Assembly (NCBI GenBank): GCA_963663225.1
Contig: OY760142.1
Span: 2,752,001 to 2,816,000 of the forward strand
Length of the DNA stretch: 64,000 nt
Direction: 5' to 3'
Source: Nitrospirota bacterium
Lineage (GTDB): Bacteria > Nitrospirota > UBA9217
The notes under the pieces are model-generated. The model was not told the origin of the DNA, made no database searches, and saw only the letters and a program-made list of their open reading frames with translations. Below, piece by piece: positions 52,352 to 62,913 of the stretch (positions are counted from its first letter, which is position 1; every line of letters starts with the position of its first letter). The position numbers and the translations under genes are program-made.

Positions 52352-52501
52352 GGTGATACTGTAGCGTAAGAATTCATTTTTTGCAATAATTAATGATGCA
52401 GAGAAGGGAATGGGAGGAAATCACAACAGGAGAGAATGCCGGTTTGCTTTTCGAAGCGTGTATGTACAAGAGCAGTTTTTATTCCAATAGATCGATCACG
52501 A

Positions 52502-54802
52502 CTATGTCGTAGACGGCAGTTTTTCTTCAGCGCTGTTATCAGGTCTTTGTTCTTCCTTGTAACCGCATTCTTTTTTGATGCAGGCAATATAGGGGCCGGT
52601 TTTCTTTGAATACTTCTCCACAAGAAAGGGAGCATTACATTGCGGGCATGAGCGAAGAATTGGTTTATACCAAATTGCAAATTTACATGCCGGATAATTT
52701 GCACATGAGTAAAACACTTTGCCAAAGCGAGAACGCCGTTCCACAATTTTTCCACCGTCTTCCGGACAGGTAACCCCGGTTGACATGCCTTGGGTGTGAT
52801 TGCATTCAGGGTAGCGGGAGCATGCAAGAAATTTCCCGAATCGTCCGCGTTTTACGAGCATCGACGAATTGCATTTAGGGCAAAGTTCATCCGTTGTTTC
52901 TTCAGGTGCTGCTTCAACGCCTGTCTCCGTGCGGATAAAGGGTTTTGTGTTTTTGCAGTCAGGATAACCGCTGCAGGCAAGAAATTGTCCGTTTCTGCCC
53001 CATTTGATGACCATAGGCTTGCCGCATTTCTCGCAATTGATTTCTGTCGGCGTCTGCTCAGCCTTGAAGTCTTTCATCTCGGCCTGTGCCTTTTCCAGGC
53101 TCTCGTTGAACGGTTTGTAAAAATCTTTTACCGCGTCAACCCAGCGCATCTGTCCTTCCTCGATCTTGTCAAGTTCTTCTTCCATGCCTGCAGTAAACGT
53201 TACATCAAGAATAAGCGGGAAATGAGTTACCAGCAGATCGTTTACCAGGACGCCGAGTTCCGTGGGGCGGAATTTATTTTCGACCTTGCTGACGTAATCG
53301 CGTTCCTGAATCGTTGAAATGATGGCGGCGTATGTGCTTGGTCTGCCGATGCCTTTTTCTTCAAGAGTTTTCACAAGCAATGCTTCTGAAAACCGTGGCG
53401 GGGGCTGGGTAAAATGTTGCTTGGGCTCGAGCTTGACCAGTTTCAGCGGTTCGCCTTCCTGCAGGGGAGGCAGAATCGCCTCTCCATTGTCGTCGTCGGA
53501 AGGTGCCTGGTCCTCCGATTTCTCCTCCATATAGACGGCCATGAATCCCATAAATTTTACGACCGAACCTGTGGCCCGGAATGTATACTGGGCCGACTTC
53601 ACATCCACCGAAGTCTGATCTATTATTGCAGGGTTCATCTGGCTTGCTATAAATCGGTTCCAGATAAGTTTATAGAGTTTATATTGGTCCGGTTGTAAAA
53701 AATGCTTGATGGCGTCCGGCTCGCGCAGAACGGAGGTCGGGCGAATGGCTTCATGGGCTTCCTGCGCTGTTTTGGAGGAAGCATATACAGGCGGTTTCTC
53801 GGGAACAAATTCTTTTCCATATTTTTGGGTGATAAACTCGCGTGCTTCATTCTGCACTTCACCGGATACGCGGGTGGAATCAGTCCTCATGTACGTAATA
53901 AGACCGACGGTTCCTTCTTTGCCGATATCCACGCCTTCATAGAGGCCTTGTGCGATCCCCATAGTCCGTTTGGCGGTAAAGCCCAGTTTTCTTCCTGCTT
54001 CCTGTTGCAATTTGCTTGTCGTAAAGGGCGGAACAGGATTGCGTCGCCGCTCTTTTTTATCGATCTTGGAAACAACATATGATGCATCCTGGAGGTCTGC
54101 TAAAACTTGCCGCACTTCCTCATTGTTTTTTGCCTTGATTTTCTCTTCATCTTTTTTGATGAGTTTAGCTTCGAATTGCGGCGGGACCGTTCCTTCAAGC
54201 AATGCGGTCAGAGACCAGAACTCTTCCGGTATAAATGCTTTTATTTCTTCTTCGCGTTCGCAGATCATGCGCAGTGCAACAGATTGCACACGGCCCGCAG
54301 AAAGTCCGCGCCGCACTTTTTTCCAGAGAATCGGGCTGATCTGATATCCGACAAGACGGTCCAGAATGCGACGTGCCTGTTGGGCATCGACTTTATTCAT
54401 GTCGATTTTTCCAGGATGCTCTACGGCCTGGACAACGGCTTTTTTTGTGATTTCGTTAAAGAGAACGCGATAGATTTCTCCTTCATTTTTACTGCCGTTT
54501 TTACCGCTGGAAACGGCTTCCGCGACATGAAAGGCTATTGCTTCTCCCTCGCGGTCAGGGTCGGTTGCGAGTAAAACGCGATCGGCTTTTTTTGCAGCGG
54601 ATTTCAATTCTTTAACGACGGGGGCTTTTCCTTTGATCACGATGTATTTGGGTTCGAAGTCTTTTTCAATGTCAACGCCGAGTTTGCTTTTCGGCAAATC
54701 CATAATATGGCCGACGGAAGCCTTGACGGTATAATCTTTCCCAAGATATTTTGCAATGGTCTTTGCTTTAGCTGGTGATTCGACAATTACGAGTGTTTTC
54801 AT
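52502..54802 (-). CDS. topA: DNA topoisomerase I with C-terminal zinc ribbons
   Basis: LVIVESPAKAKTI, ATDPDREGE, SAGRVQS, ITYMRTDS, GIGRPSTYA; start moved to ATG 54802. Confidence 0.97.
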   Translation of the reverse strand: MKTLVIVESPAKAKTIAKYLGKDYTVKASVGHIMDLPKSKLGVDIEKDFEPKYIVIKGKAPVVKELKSAAKKADRVLLATDPDREGEAIAFHVAEAVSSGKNGSKNEGEIYRVLFNEITKKAVVQAVEHPGKIDMNKVDAQQARRILDRLVGYQISPILWKKVRRGLSAGRVQSVALRMICEREEEIKAFIPEEFWSLTALLEGTVPPQFEAKLIKKDEEKIKAKNNEEVRQVLADLQDASYVVSKIDKKERRRNPVPPFTTSKLQQEAGRKLGFTAKRTMGIAQGLYEGVDIGKEGTVGLITYMRTDSTRVSGEVQNEAREFITQKYGKEFVPEKPPVYASSKTAQEAHEAIRPTSVLREPDAIKHFLQPDQYKLYKLIWNRFIASQMNPAIIDQTSVDVKSAQYTFRATGSVVKFMGFMAVYMEEKSEDQAPSDDDNGEAILPPLQEGEPLKLVKLEPKQHFTQPPPRFSEALLVKTLEEKGIGRPSTYAAIISTIQERDYVSKVENKFRPTELGVLVNDLLVTHFPLILDVTFTAGMEEELDKIEEGQMRWVDAVKDFYKPFNESLEKAQAEMKDFKAEQTPTEINCEKCGKPMVIKWGRNGQFLACSGYPDCKNTKPFIRTETGVEAAPEETTDELCPKCNSSMLVKRGRFGKFLACSRYPECNHTQGMSTGVTCPEDGGKIVERRSRFGKVFYSCANYPACKFAIWYKPILRSCPQCNAPFLVEKYSKKTGPYIACIKKECGYKEEQRPDNSAEEKLPSTT

Positions 54803-54870
54803 AATAATGGTATTATACACCTTTTCCCAAAAAGACGTAAAATGCACTCTTTTGAAATAAGCGACGGAGC

Positions 54871-55353
54871 CTAATTCCAGGCCGTCCTTTTAATCTGTCT
54901 GATGCCGGGAGTGGCATCGTCATCAAAACCCTGCTCGATCGGTTGGGAAAAGAGAACTGTTGCAACGATCGATTTGACATGTTCGAGTTTTATCCTGTCC
55001 GGACAAACAGTCAAAGCCTTATCCAGTATTTCTTCGCGTTGCTGTTCCGAGATGATTCCCAGATGCGTGAGTTTCGACGCAAAAGCGAACGCATCAATAG
55101 TGAAACGACTTCGCTCTTCCCGGGTCATAACCCTCACGTAAGCAGGAGATTGCGCTGTTGCCGGTGCGAAAAGACGGTCTGCTTCTCCCTGTACGAGTGT
55201 TTGCATAAGCATAAGCGCGGCATCCGCTTCATAAATATGGTAACCGCTGTTCAGGAGCATTTGCATTATTTTTGCCTCATTGTCGAACAGTTCCTGTTTG
55301 TTCCGAACCTGTTCGGCAATGATTGAAAATAAATTTATCATCAGTTCATCCAC
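54871..55353 (-). CDS. Smg/DUF494 family protein
   Basis: L...GY...E...AL, VRV.T.EE..R....A..F...L..LGII....RE.I; dprA-smg-topA position. Confidence 0.7.
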   Translation of the reverse strand: MDELMINLFSIIAEQVRNKQELFDNEAKIMQMLLNSGYHIYEADAALMLMQTLVQGEADRLFAPATAQSPAYVRVMTREERSRFTIDAFAFASKLTHLGIISEQQREEILDKALTVCPDRIKLEHVKSIVATVLFSQPIEQGFDDDATPGIRQIKRTAWN

Positions 55354-55410
55354 AGTATCACCTGTTGTACAAAAAACATAAACAAAGTTCGCATCCTCAA
55401 TTCACATCCT

Positions 55411-56568
55411 TCATGGTTCGTGACGAGTGTTCGATGGAACTTCAGAGTCCTGACGTATAAAAAATTTTCCTGGACATTGCTTAACCAATTTTTGCAATTC
55501 CAGGCTGATCAGTATGCCACCCAGTTTTCCCGCTGTGCCTCCGACTTCATTCAGGATGCTGTCAATATGCTTCGGTTCGTTTGTAACGTGCCTGAATACC
55601 TCTTCCTCGTCCCGCGTCAGCCGGGGCAGGGGAGCTTGTGGTGCGATCGATTGTTTGACCGGCCAGCTCAGACCAAGAACGTCCAGAACATCAGCAGCGG
55701 CTTCAACCAAAATCGCGCCTTGCTTGATCAAATTATTTGTGCCCCGACTGGCCGTATGGCCGATATTGCCGGGCACGGCAAATAATTTCCGTCCCTGTTC
55801 GACGGCATTGTTTGCCGTGATAAGCGAACCGCTGTCTTCTGCGGCTTCAACAACAACGGTTCCGCGTGCGAGTCCGCTAATAATGCGGTTTCGAGCCGGG
55901 AAACAACCCGATTCCGGTTTTGTGCCGAATGGATACTCCGTTATTACCGCTCCATGATGAGCGATTTCATCTATCAGATCTTTATTTTCCGGCGGATACG
56001 CTATATCAATTCCGCAACCCAATACTGCGATGGTTCTTCCTTTGGCCGAGAGCGCACCACGGTGCGCCTGGGTGTCTATTCCACGTGCTAAACCGCTTAC
56101 AATTGTCAGCCCGGCCGCGGCAAGATCGTATGAGAGCCGATGGGTGATTGTCCTTCCATAATGTGTCGGCTGACGGGTCCCTACAATTGCAAGGGCGTTA
56201 TAATCCTCAGGCTTCAATATGCCTTTTACATATATATAAACAGGCGGATCCGATATTTTTTTGAGATGTTCCGGATAAGCCGGATCATTCATCGTAAAAA
56301 TATCAATGTTCATTTCCGCGGCTTTAGCCATATCCTGCTCCGCATGCTCACGCCAGGGAAATGATATTATATTATTGATTACCTTATCGGACAGCCGTTT
56401 GATTTCTTTAAGGCTGCTATGTGGTGCAGAGAGTGCGCGTTCCGGGGACCCAAAATGGTTGATGAGTTTTCTGAACGTGCTTCTTCCAACGCCTGGGATG
56501 CTGCCGAGTCCTATCCAGAAAAGAAGGGTATCATCTTTGTTTAGGCGCATGTTTCTTAGAGTAAACAA
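55411..56568 (-). CDS. dprA: DNA processing protein DprA
   Basis: AIVGTR, IVSGLARGID..AH, FPARNRIISGL, VVEA...SGSLITA, C-terminal wHTH. Confidence 0.95.
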   Translation of the reverse strand: MFTLRNMRLNKDDTLLFWIGLGSIPGVGRSTFRKLINHFGSPERALSAPHSSLKEIKRLSDKVINNIISFPWREHAEQDMAKAAEMNIDIFTMNDPAYPEHLKKISDPPVYIYVKGILKPEDYNALAIVGTRQPTHYGRTITHRLSYDLAAAGLTIVSGLARGIDTQAHRGALSAKGRTIAVLGCGIDIAYPPENKDLIDEIAHHGAVITEYPFGTKPESGCFPARNRIISGLARGTVVVEAAEDSGSLITANNAVEQGRKLFAVPGNIGHTASRGTNNLIKQGAILVEAAADVLDVLGLSWPVKQSIAPQAPLPRLTRDEEEVFRHVTNEPKHIDSILNEVGGTAGKLGGILISLELQKLVKQCPGKFFIRQDSEVPSNTRHEP

Positions 56569-56807
56569 TGGTTTTACTGCTCAAGGGTTGAAATTATACA
56601 GACTCAGACCAGATAGTCAAGTTTTTTTTACTTTTAGACACGAAACGCGAAGCTTTCTTCGGCTGATTACAGGGTGGGGATGAGAACTGATTTACTGTAA
56701 GATTTTTTTTTTTGTGATATAGTATTCACAATTAAAGAAAAACAATACGATTTCCGATGAAAACATGCCCGCGTAGAAACTAGGAAAAGGAGCCATACAA
56801 ACCACTC

Positions 56808-57431
56808 ATGCAGCAGAGGATTAAAGCAATTCTTTTTGATTTCGGCGGTGTAGTCGCAGAAGAAGGATTTTACGAAGGCCTCTTGGAAATCGGACGTTTG
56901 AATAACAGAGAGCCGCATACTTTTTTTAAAACAGTAGAGGAGCTTATTGGCGAAACCGGATATCTGACGGGAGGAGCTGGTGAAGCTGCTTTTTGGGATG
57001 CGGTCAGAGGGAAAACCGGAATATCCATGAGTGATGATGCCCTGAGAATGGAAATTTTAAGCAGATTCATCCTCCGACCCGAAATCATATCGTACGTAGA
57101 CATTCTGAAATCGCATGGATTCATTGTTGCCATACTGAGCGATCAGACAAACTGGCTTGACGAAATAAACCGACAAACGGGGCTGTTTCAACATTTTGAC
57201 GAAGTATTTAACTCCTTTCATATCCATAAAAGCAAACGGGATGCAACGGTGTTCAGAGACGTGTGTCGAGCGCTTGCCGTAGAGCCGTCGGCAACACTTT
57301 TTATCGATGATAATAACGGACATGTTCAACGTGCACAAAATGAAGGATTACAGGTAATTCATTTTATCGGCAGGGATGATTTCGAGAAAAGAATCAGAAC
57401 ATTTTTCGATCTTGAAGTAGGGAAAATCTAA
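56808..57431 (+). CDS. HAD family phosphatase
   Basis: ILFDFGGV, ILSD, LFIDD...V..A...GL. Confidence 0.85.
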   Translation: MQQRIKAILFDFGGVVAEEGFYEGLLEIGRLNNREPHTFFKTVEELIGETGYLTGGAGEAAFWDAVRGKTGISMSDDALRMEILSRFILRPEIISYVDILKSHGFIVAILSDQTNWLDEINRQTGLFQHFDEVFNSFHIHKSKRDATVFRDVCRALAVEPSATLFIDDNNGHVQRAQNEGLQVIHFIGRDDFEKRIRTFFDLEVGKI

Positions 57432-57454
57432 AAAATAGGTGGATTTGAAACCAC

Positions 57455-58042
57455 ATGAAAGTCCTTGTTCTGAATGGAAGTCCAAGAAAAAGAGGCAATA
57501 CCGATATTCTGCTTGAAGAAGCAGTAAACGGAGCAAAAGAGGCAGGAGGAAGCGTAATAGAGCATCACCTGAATTCTCTGTCACTGACTCCCTGCCAACA
57601 GTGCAGCGAGTGCGATGATTCGGAACACTGTATTATCAATGATGATATGCAGCCTGTTTACAGCGATATCATTACTGCTGACAGAATAATCGTAGGTTCG
57701 CCTATTTTTTTCTTTACTGTAAGCGCTCAGTTAAAAATCGTTATTGACCGTTGTCAGCCGTTCTGGACTCAAAAATATATTCACAAAAAACCTGTTCCTG
57801 AGGGGCCATTCGGCAGAAAAGGGCTCCTGATTCTCGTGGGAGGAATGAAGCAAACGGAAAAAAATGAAGGCTACCATTGCGCAGAAATAGTTGTTCGGGC
57901 TTTTTTCAGGACGGTAAATGTCTCCCAGCACACGACAATGGTATTCGATGATATAGATGAAAAAGGGGCCATCAGAAAGCATCCTACCGCACTTGCCGAC
58001 GTTCATAGAGCGGGAAAAGTGCTGCTCGATCCTTCCCGATAG
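57455..58042 (+). CDS. Flavodoxin family / iron-sulfur flavoprotein
   Basis: GSPRK.GNT, C..C..C.....C.I.DDM, GSPIFF..VSAQLK..IDR. Confidence 0.88.
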   Translation: MKVLVLNGSPRKRGNTDILLEEAVNGAKEAGGSVIEHHLNSLSLTPCQQCSECDDSEHCIINDDMQPVYSDIITADRIIVGSPIFFFTVSAQLKIVIDRCQPFWTQKYIHKKPVPEGPFGRKGLLILVGGMKQTEKNEGYHCAEIVVRAFFRTVNVSQHTTMVFDDIDEKGAIRKHPTALADVHRAGKVLLDPSR

Positions 58043-58190
58043 CCGAGAAAACTACGCTGTTGCCATTCATTTTTCCTTTTGTTATCCTATAAACATAAGT
58101 ATGTGTTTGTTCCTTGACCCCATACAAATAAAATGCGCTATAATAATAATGCAGTTTGAAGATCCATGTTTCTGAAAGGAGATATAACAC

Positions 58191-58589
58191 GTGCGTTATC
58201 GGTACATAGCCTATAAATATACCCGGCGAATGAGGCCTGATACTGCATTTCAGGGAGTATGGGAATCCCTCAGTTCCTGGCCGCTGCAATCGGTAATTGC
58301 GTGGAGACCGCCTGCTGATATTTATGAAACTGAAAACGATATTATTATCGTGGTTGAGCTTGCAGGAGTTGCAGAAGAGGACCTGACAGTGACATTGTTC
58401 AGCAATCTTTTGGTCATCGAGGGACAGAGAACACCGCCGGTTTCAGACATGAATGCATGCCATCAGTTGGGCATACACTACGGACATTTCAGATCGGAAA
58501 TAGATATTCACACGCCGGTGGACCATGACAACGTGGAAGCGGAGTATATAAACGGCTTGTTGAAAATTTCTCTCCATAAACTCAATTGA
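58191..58589 (+). CDS. Hsp20/alpha-crystallin small heat shock protein
   Basis: WRPPADIYET, ELAGV..ED, L.IEG.R, YG.F, A.Y.NGLL.I.L.K; AGGAG SD before GTG. Confidence 0.9.
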   Translation: MRYRYIAYKYTRRMRPDTAFQGVWESLSSWPLQSVIAWRPPADIYETENDIIIVVELAGVAEEDLTVTLFSNLLVIEGQRTPPVSDMNACHQLGIHYGHFRSEIDIHTPVDHDNVEAEYINGLLKISLHKLN

Positions 58590-58604
58590 AGCTGAGGTAC
58601 TAAC

Positions 58605-61031
58605 TTGAAAATAAGATCGCTTTTAGAGAAGTTACTGAAAAAAAACAGGAGTAAACCCATGGGAACAATCGAAACTGAAAAAGAAAAAACCCCGCCGGTA
58701 CCGGCTGAGCTTCCCTTGCTGCCGCTGAAAGATACCATTGTGTATCCGCTTACCGTGTATCCGCTGGTCATAGGAAAAGAAAAATCAATAAAACTGATCA
58801 ATGATGTGACGGTCGGCGACAAGATACTGGGCCTGACGGCACAAAAAAAACCGGACATAGAGGTCGCCAGCATGTCTGATATTTACATAGTTGGGACCAT
58901 GGCGAGAATACTGCAGATGGTGAAAGTCCCCGATGGAACCCTGAGAGTGCTTGTGCAGGGCATAGAGAGGATCAGCATCAATGAGCTTGTGCAGACAGGC
59001 CCCTTTTTAAAGGCCACCGTGAAGGCATTGCCCGATAAAACCGAAAAATCCGTTGAACTTGAAGCGCTCATGCGGGGAATCGCTGAAGTTTTTCAAAAAA
59101 TGGTATCTCTTGCTCCCAATATGCCGGAAGAGCTATCGGCCGCTGCAATCAATATAGAAGATGCGAGACAGCTTGCCTATCTTATTGCCACCAATATCCG
59201 ATTGGATCTTCCGCAGCGCCAGGAAATCCTCGAAATTGATTCTGTATATGAAAAACTGAATAAACTCATGCAATATCTGAATCGCGAGGTTGAAGTACTT
59301 GAACTCGGAAGAAAAATTCAGGGGCAGGCCAGAGACCAGATGCAGAAAGCGGAGCGGGAATATCTGCTCAGGCAGCAGCTTTCCGCCATTCGCAAAGAGC
59401 TGGGTGAAGAATCAGACGATGGATCGGAAATCAAGAGCCTGCGTGAAAAGATTGAAAAAGCAGCCTTGCCGCCTGAAGCTGAAAAAGAAGCAAAACGCGA
59501 ACTCGGCCGAATGGAAAAGCTTTCCACTGCATCGCCGGAATATTCGGTCATCCGGTCGTATCTCGAATGGATAACGAATCTTCCCTGGAACAAAACGTCG
59601 GCAACGGCAATTGATATTGCCAAGGCAAAAACGATTCTTGACGAAGACCACTATGATTTAGAAAAAATTAAAAACCGTATTTTGGAATATCTATCGGTAA
59701 AAAAACTGGGCGAAGAACGCGGTACACAGCAGGAGAGCGGGAAAATGCGTGAGCCGATTTTATGCTTTGTCGGCCCTCCCGGCGTCGGTAAGACATCGCT
59801 TGGCCAATCGATTGCGCGCGCGCTGGACCGAAAATTCATGCGGCAGTCACTGGGGGGGCTGCATGATGAAGCGGAAATCAGAGGCCACCGCCGTACGTAC
59901 ATAGGAGCCATGCCCGGCCGGATCATTCAGGCGCTCAAACGCGTGGAAACGAAAGATCCGGTAATCATGCTCGATGAAGTCGACAAAATCGGATCTGATT
60001 GGCGCGGCGATCCGTCCTCGGCACTTCTTGAAGTGCTTGACCCGGAACAAAACAAGGACTTCAGAGACAATTATCTCGACGTCCCGTTTGACCTCTCAAA
60101 GGTCATGTTCATCACGACGGCAAACCAGCTTGATACGATTCCTGCTCCACTTCTTGACCGGATGGAAGTGCTCAAACTTTCCGGGTACACGGAATATGAG
60201 AAATTGAACATAGCAAAGAAATATCTCGTACCAAAAGAAATCAAAGCAAACGCGCTCAAGCTGGAGGAAATTGTGTTAGAAGATGATGCCGTTATCGGCA
60301 TCATCAAAGACTATACGCGGGAAGCAGGAGTCCGGAACCTGGAGCGGGAAATAGCCAACGTCTGCCGCAAGGTTGCAAAAGCCGTTGCTGAAGGGAAACC
60401 TGCACCTATTACGGTACAGGCGAAAGATCTGCATGAGTATCTCGGGAATCCAAAATTTTTTGCCGAGACTGCCGTCATGATCGATCGCCCGGGTGTAGTT
60501 ACCGGACTTGCATGGACCCCGACAGGCGGCGATATTCTCTTTATCGAAGCAACCATGATGCCTGGCAACAAGCAGCTTACGCTCACTGGGCAGCTCGGCG
60601 ACGTGATGAAAGAGTCTGCACAGGCGGCACTTTCATACGTGCGTTCGCAGACAGAGCTGTTCGGCATTAACAAGGACTTCTTTGAGAAAACCGATATTCA
60701 CATTCACGTGCCGGCAGGCGCCATACCCAAGGATGGGCCTTCTGCAGGCGTTACCATGACTACAGCGATCGTGTCGTTGCTTACGGGCAGAGTGGCAAAC
60801 CATGACGTTGCCATGACCGGCGAGATTACCCTGCGCGGCAAAGTCATGCCCATCGGCGGGGTAAAGGAGAAGGTCCTTGCCGCCAAACGGGCAGGAATCA
60901 AGACTATCATTCTGCCCGAAAAAAATAAAAATGACCTTGAAGACGTGCCGGAAGAATTGCGCAAGGAAATAACGTTCATCTTTGCTGATACTATTGATCA
61001 AGTGATCAAGGCCGCGCTGAAGGAAAAATAA
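58605..61031 (+). CDS. lon: Lon protease (start may be ATG 58659)
   Basis: GPPGVGKTS, IRGHRRTYIGAMPG, DP.SALLEVLDPEQN, PKDGPSAG, IGGVKEK. Confidence 0.97.
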   Translation: MKIRSLLEKLLKKNRSKPMGTIETEKEKTPPVPAELPLLPLKDTIVYPLTVYPLVIGKEKSIKLINDVTVGDKILGLTAQKKPDIEVASMSDIYIVGTMARILQMVKVPDGTLRVLVQGIERISINELVQTGPFLKATVKALPDKTEKSVELEALMRGIAEVFQKMVSLAPNMPEELSAAAINIEDARQLAYLIATNIRLDLPQRQEILEIDSVYEKLNKLMQYLNREVEVLELGRKIQGQARDQMQKAEREYLLRQQLSAIRKELGEESDDGSEIKSLREKIEKAALPPEAEKEAKRELGRMEKLSTASPEYSVIRSYLEWITNLPWNKTSATAIDIAKAKTILDEDHYDLEKIKNRILEYLSVKKLGEERGTQQESGKMREPILCFVGPPGVGKTSLGQSIARALDRKFMRQSLGGLHDEAEIRGHRRTYIGAMPGRIIQALKRVETKDPVIMLDEVDKIGSDWRGDPSSALLEVLDPEQNKDFRDNYLDVPFDLSKVMFITTANQLDTIPAPLLDRMEVLKLSGYTEYEKLNIAKKYLVPKEIKANALKLEEIVLEDDAVIGIIKDYTREAGVRNLEREIANVCRKVAKAVAEGKPAPITVQAKDLHEYLGNPKFFAETAVMIDRPGVVTGLAWTPTGGDILFIEATMMPGNKQLTLTGQLGDVMKESAQAALSYVRSQTELFGINKDFFEKTDIHIHVPAGAIPKDGPSAGVTMTTAIVSLLTGRVANHDVAMTGEITLRGKVMPIGGVKEKVLAAKRAGIKTIILPEKNKNDLEDVPEELRKEITFIFADTIDQVIKAALKEK

Positions 61032-61046
61032 TTTAACACTGTATAT

Positions 61047-61081
61047 CAGAGAACGCAGACGATCTAACCCTGCGTTCTCTG
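61047..61081. terminator. Hairpin between lon and lipA
   Basis: 12-bp stem CAGAGAACGCAG/CTGCGTTCTCTG; weak T-tract. Confidence 0.5.
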
Positions 61082-61089
61082 TCTAATTT

Positions 61090-61974
61090 ATGCGTACATC
61101 AAAAAAGTCCAACCGTCTTCCTTCATGGTTCAGGATAAAGCTTTCAACAAACCAGAATTTTGCGGAAATTCGAAAGCTGATACGAAACAATCAACTTCAC
61201 ACTGTTTGCCAAAGCGCGGCCTGTCCAAACAGGACTGAATGCTGGAACTCCCGTACCGCAACTTTTCTTATTCTCGGCGATATGTGCACCCGCAGCTGCA
61301 CCTTCTGTAGTGTCACGAAAGGGGTACCATCAGCGCCTGACAGGCATGAACCGGCGCGAATCGCCGCAGCAGTAGCGTCTCTTCAATTGAAATACGCGGT
61401 TATTACGTCGGTTACGCGGGATGATCTTCCCGATGGAGGAGCCACACTTTTTGCTGAAACTGTTTCTGCTGTCCGGTTAAAAAATCCAGAAAGCCGGGTT
61501 GAAGTTCTTACTCCCGATTTCAAAGGATCAAGAGAATCACTACAGACTGTCCTGCATGCAAAACCATTCGTGTTCGGGCACAATCTTGAAACAGTGCCGT
61601 CCCTTTATTCGAAAGTGCGCCCGCAAGCTGAGTACCGGCGTTCACGAAACGTACTCGCATGGGCACGGGAATATGGCACGGTGACCAAAACAGGAATCAT
61701 GCTGGGCCTGGGGGAGGGGATGGAAGAAATTGAAGTGGTCATGCGCGATCTTCGCGAAATCGGGTGTTCCATCCTGACACTCGGACAATATCTTCAACCG
61801 AGTAGAAACCACATACCGGTAAAAAAATATTATCATCCGGATGAATTCAACATGCTTCGTGATAAAGCGCTGAGTCTTGGATTTGAATATGTGGCGGCCG
61901 GACCGCTGGTAAGAAGCTCGTATCAGGCTGATAAATACTCAGAAGTAAAAGTCGATCTTACTGTTGTAAAGTAA
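61090..61974 (+). CDS. lipA: Lipoyl synthase
   Basis: CQSAACPNRTEC, CTRSCTFC, HNLETV, GQYLQPS, PLVRSSY. Confidence 0.96.
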   Translation: MRTSKKSNRLPSWFRIKLSTNQNFAEIRKLIRNNQLHTVCQSAACPNRTECWNSRTATFLILGDMCTRSCTFCSVTKGVPSAPDRHEPARIAAAVASLQLKYAVITSVTRDDLPDGGATLFAETVSAVRLKNPESRVEVLTPDFKGSRESLQTVLHAKPFVFGHNLETVPSLYSKVRPQAEYRRSRNVLAWAREYGTVTKTGIMLGLGEGMEEIEVVMRDLREIGCSILTLGQYLQPSRNHIPVKKYYHPDEFNMLRDKALSLGFEYVAAGPLVRSSYQADKYSEVKVDLTVVK

Positions 61975-62149
61975 TACTCCAAATATCAGGGTCGCCCGTA
62001 GTAGTGGTAATAACAGGATGTTTTGCGACACCGAGGACTCTCAGGGTCTCATCCGGCATGACCGCGGTCATATATGCTTTCAGCTCTCCCATTGTCACAA
62101 CACCATCTTTAGTCCCGGCACTTTGAAAACCGTCGGCCTCACCGTTTGG
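61958..62149 (-). pseudogene. 3' fragment of a caspase-family (peptidase C14) protein
   Basis: Open frame reads PNGEADGFQSAGTKDGVVTMGELKAYMTAVMPDETLRVLGVAKHPVITTTTGDPDIWSITLQQ*; preceded by in-frame stop and AT-rich DNA; G.AD...DG.VT..EL..Y motif. Confidence 0.55.
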
Positions 62150-62252
62150 TTATTGATTTTTGCTTCTCTTTCGTTAATAATTAATTAATCGCGATACTAC
62201 ATTCATTAAATGCTTTGACAGCTAAGAAGTAGGGGATCGCGGGGTTTCTCCT

Positions 62253-62289
62253 GGGCCGAGGTTTCATAGCTTCTCGGCCTCTTTTTTTT
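62253..62289 (+). terminator. Intrinsic terminator-like hairpin
   Basis: GGGCCGAGG...TTCTCGGCCT followed by CT8. Confidence 0.6.
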
Positions 62290-62462
62290 GCTTTACGTCT
62301 TAGATTCTACGCCTTTGATTTACGCTTTTGATTCTAGTCTTTGCTTTTCTCTGTAATTGCTAAAAAGTAACAAAATACTGCAAATTCAGCATATTTAATT
62401 GACCTCTTTTCTACAAACAGATTTTAAGCGAAGCTTCGGGGGCGCCCTCCGAAGCTTTTGCT

Positions 62463-62913
62463 TTATTGCTCAGATTGATCAACAGAGGCCAGACCACAAG
62501 GCACCTGTGCCGGGGCTGGCCTCTGTTGGTTCTTCCTTGGGCAATCATTGTTTAATTTCATCAGCCGCCTTTCTTCGATAATGAAGATTTTTGCTTCTCC
62601 ATAGCCTAACTTAAAGTCTTTCTTTATCTCTTGTATCGCTTTTGCCTTATTACCATTACAGCCATTGTTCAGGTGCTCTTGGTATTTCATAAATACTTTT
62701 ATTGATTCTTCCTTGAATTTTTCCTGTCGTTTTTTTCTATCTTATTCGTTGTGAGCTGCGTCTATAGCGCGGGCGTGAATGACCTTTGTTTGTATCTCTC
62801 TGGCAACGTCTAAAAGAGTCGATAAAACGTAAACAATTGGCTATGGTTTTGTCTGTGGCGATCGTTATTTTGCCGTTTTCGCGATTTATGGTGAAAATCT
62901 GGGTAGGGTGCAT
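62463..62913 (-). pseudogene. Fragmented hypothetical gene(s) next to dif (ORFs 62737-62913 and 62463-62690)
   Basis: AGGAAGG SD before ATG 62913; two short Lys-rich ORFs separated by A-runs; no recognisable family. Confidence 0.3.

Noticed and set aside
54803-54847. 15-aa N-terminal extension of TopA
   Set aside because: Covers the TATAAT promoter; the family start MKTLVIVES is at 54802
58043-58190. CIRCE heat-shock operator upstream of hsp20-lon
   Set aside because: No TTAGCACTC-N9-GAGTGCTAA match seen
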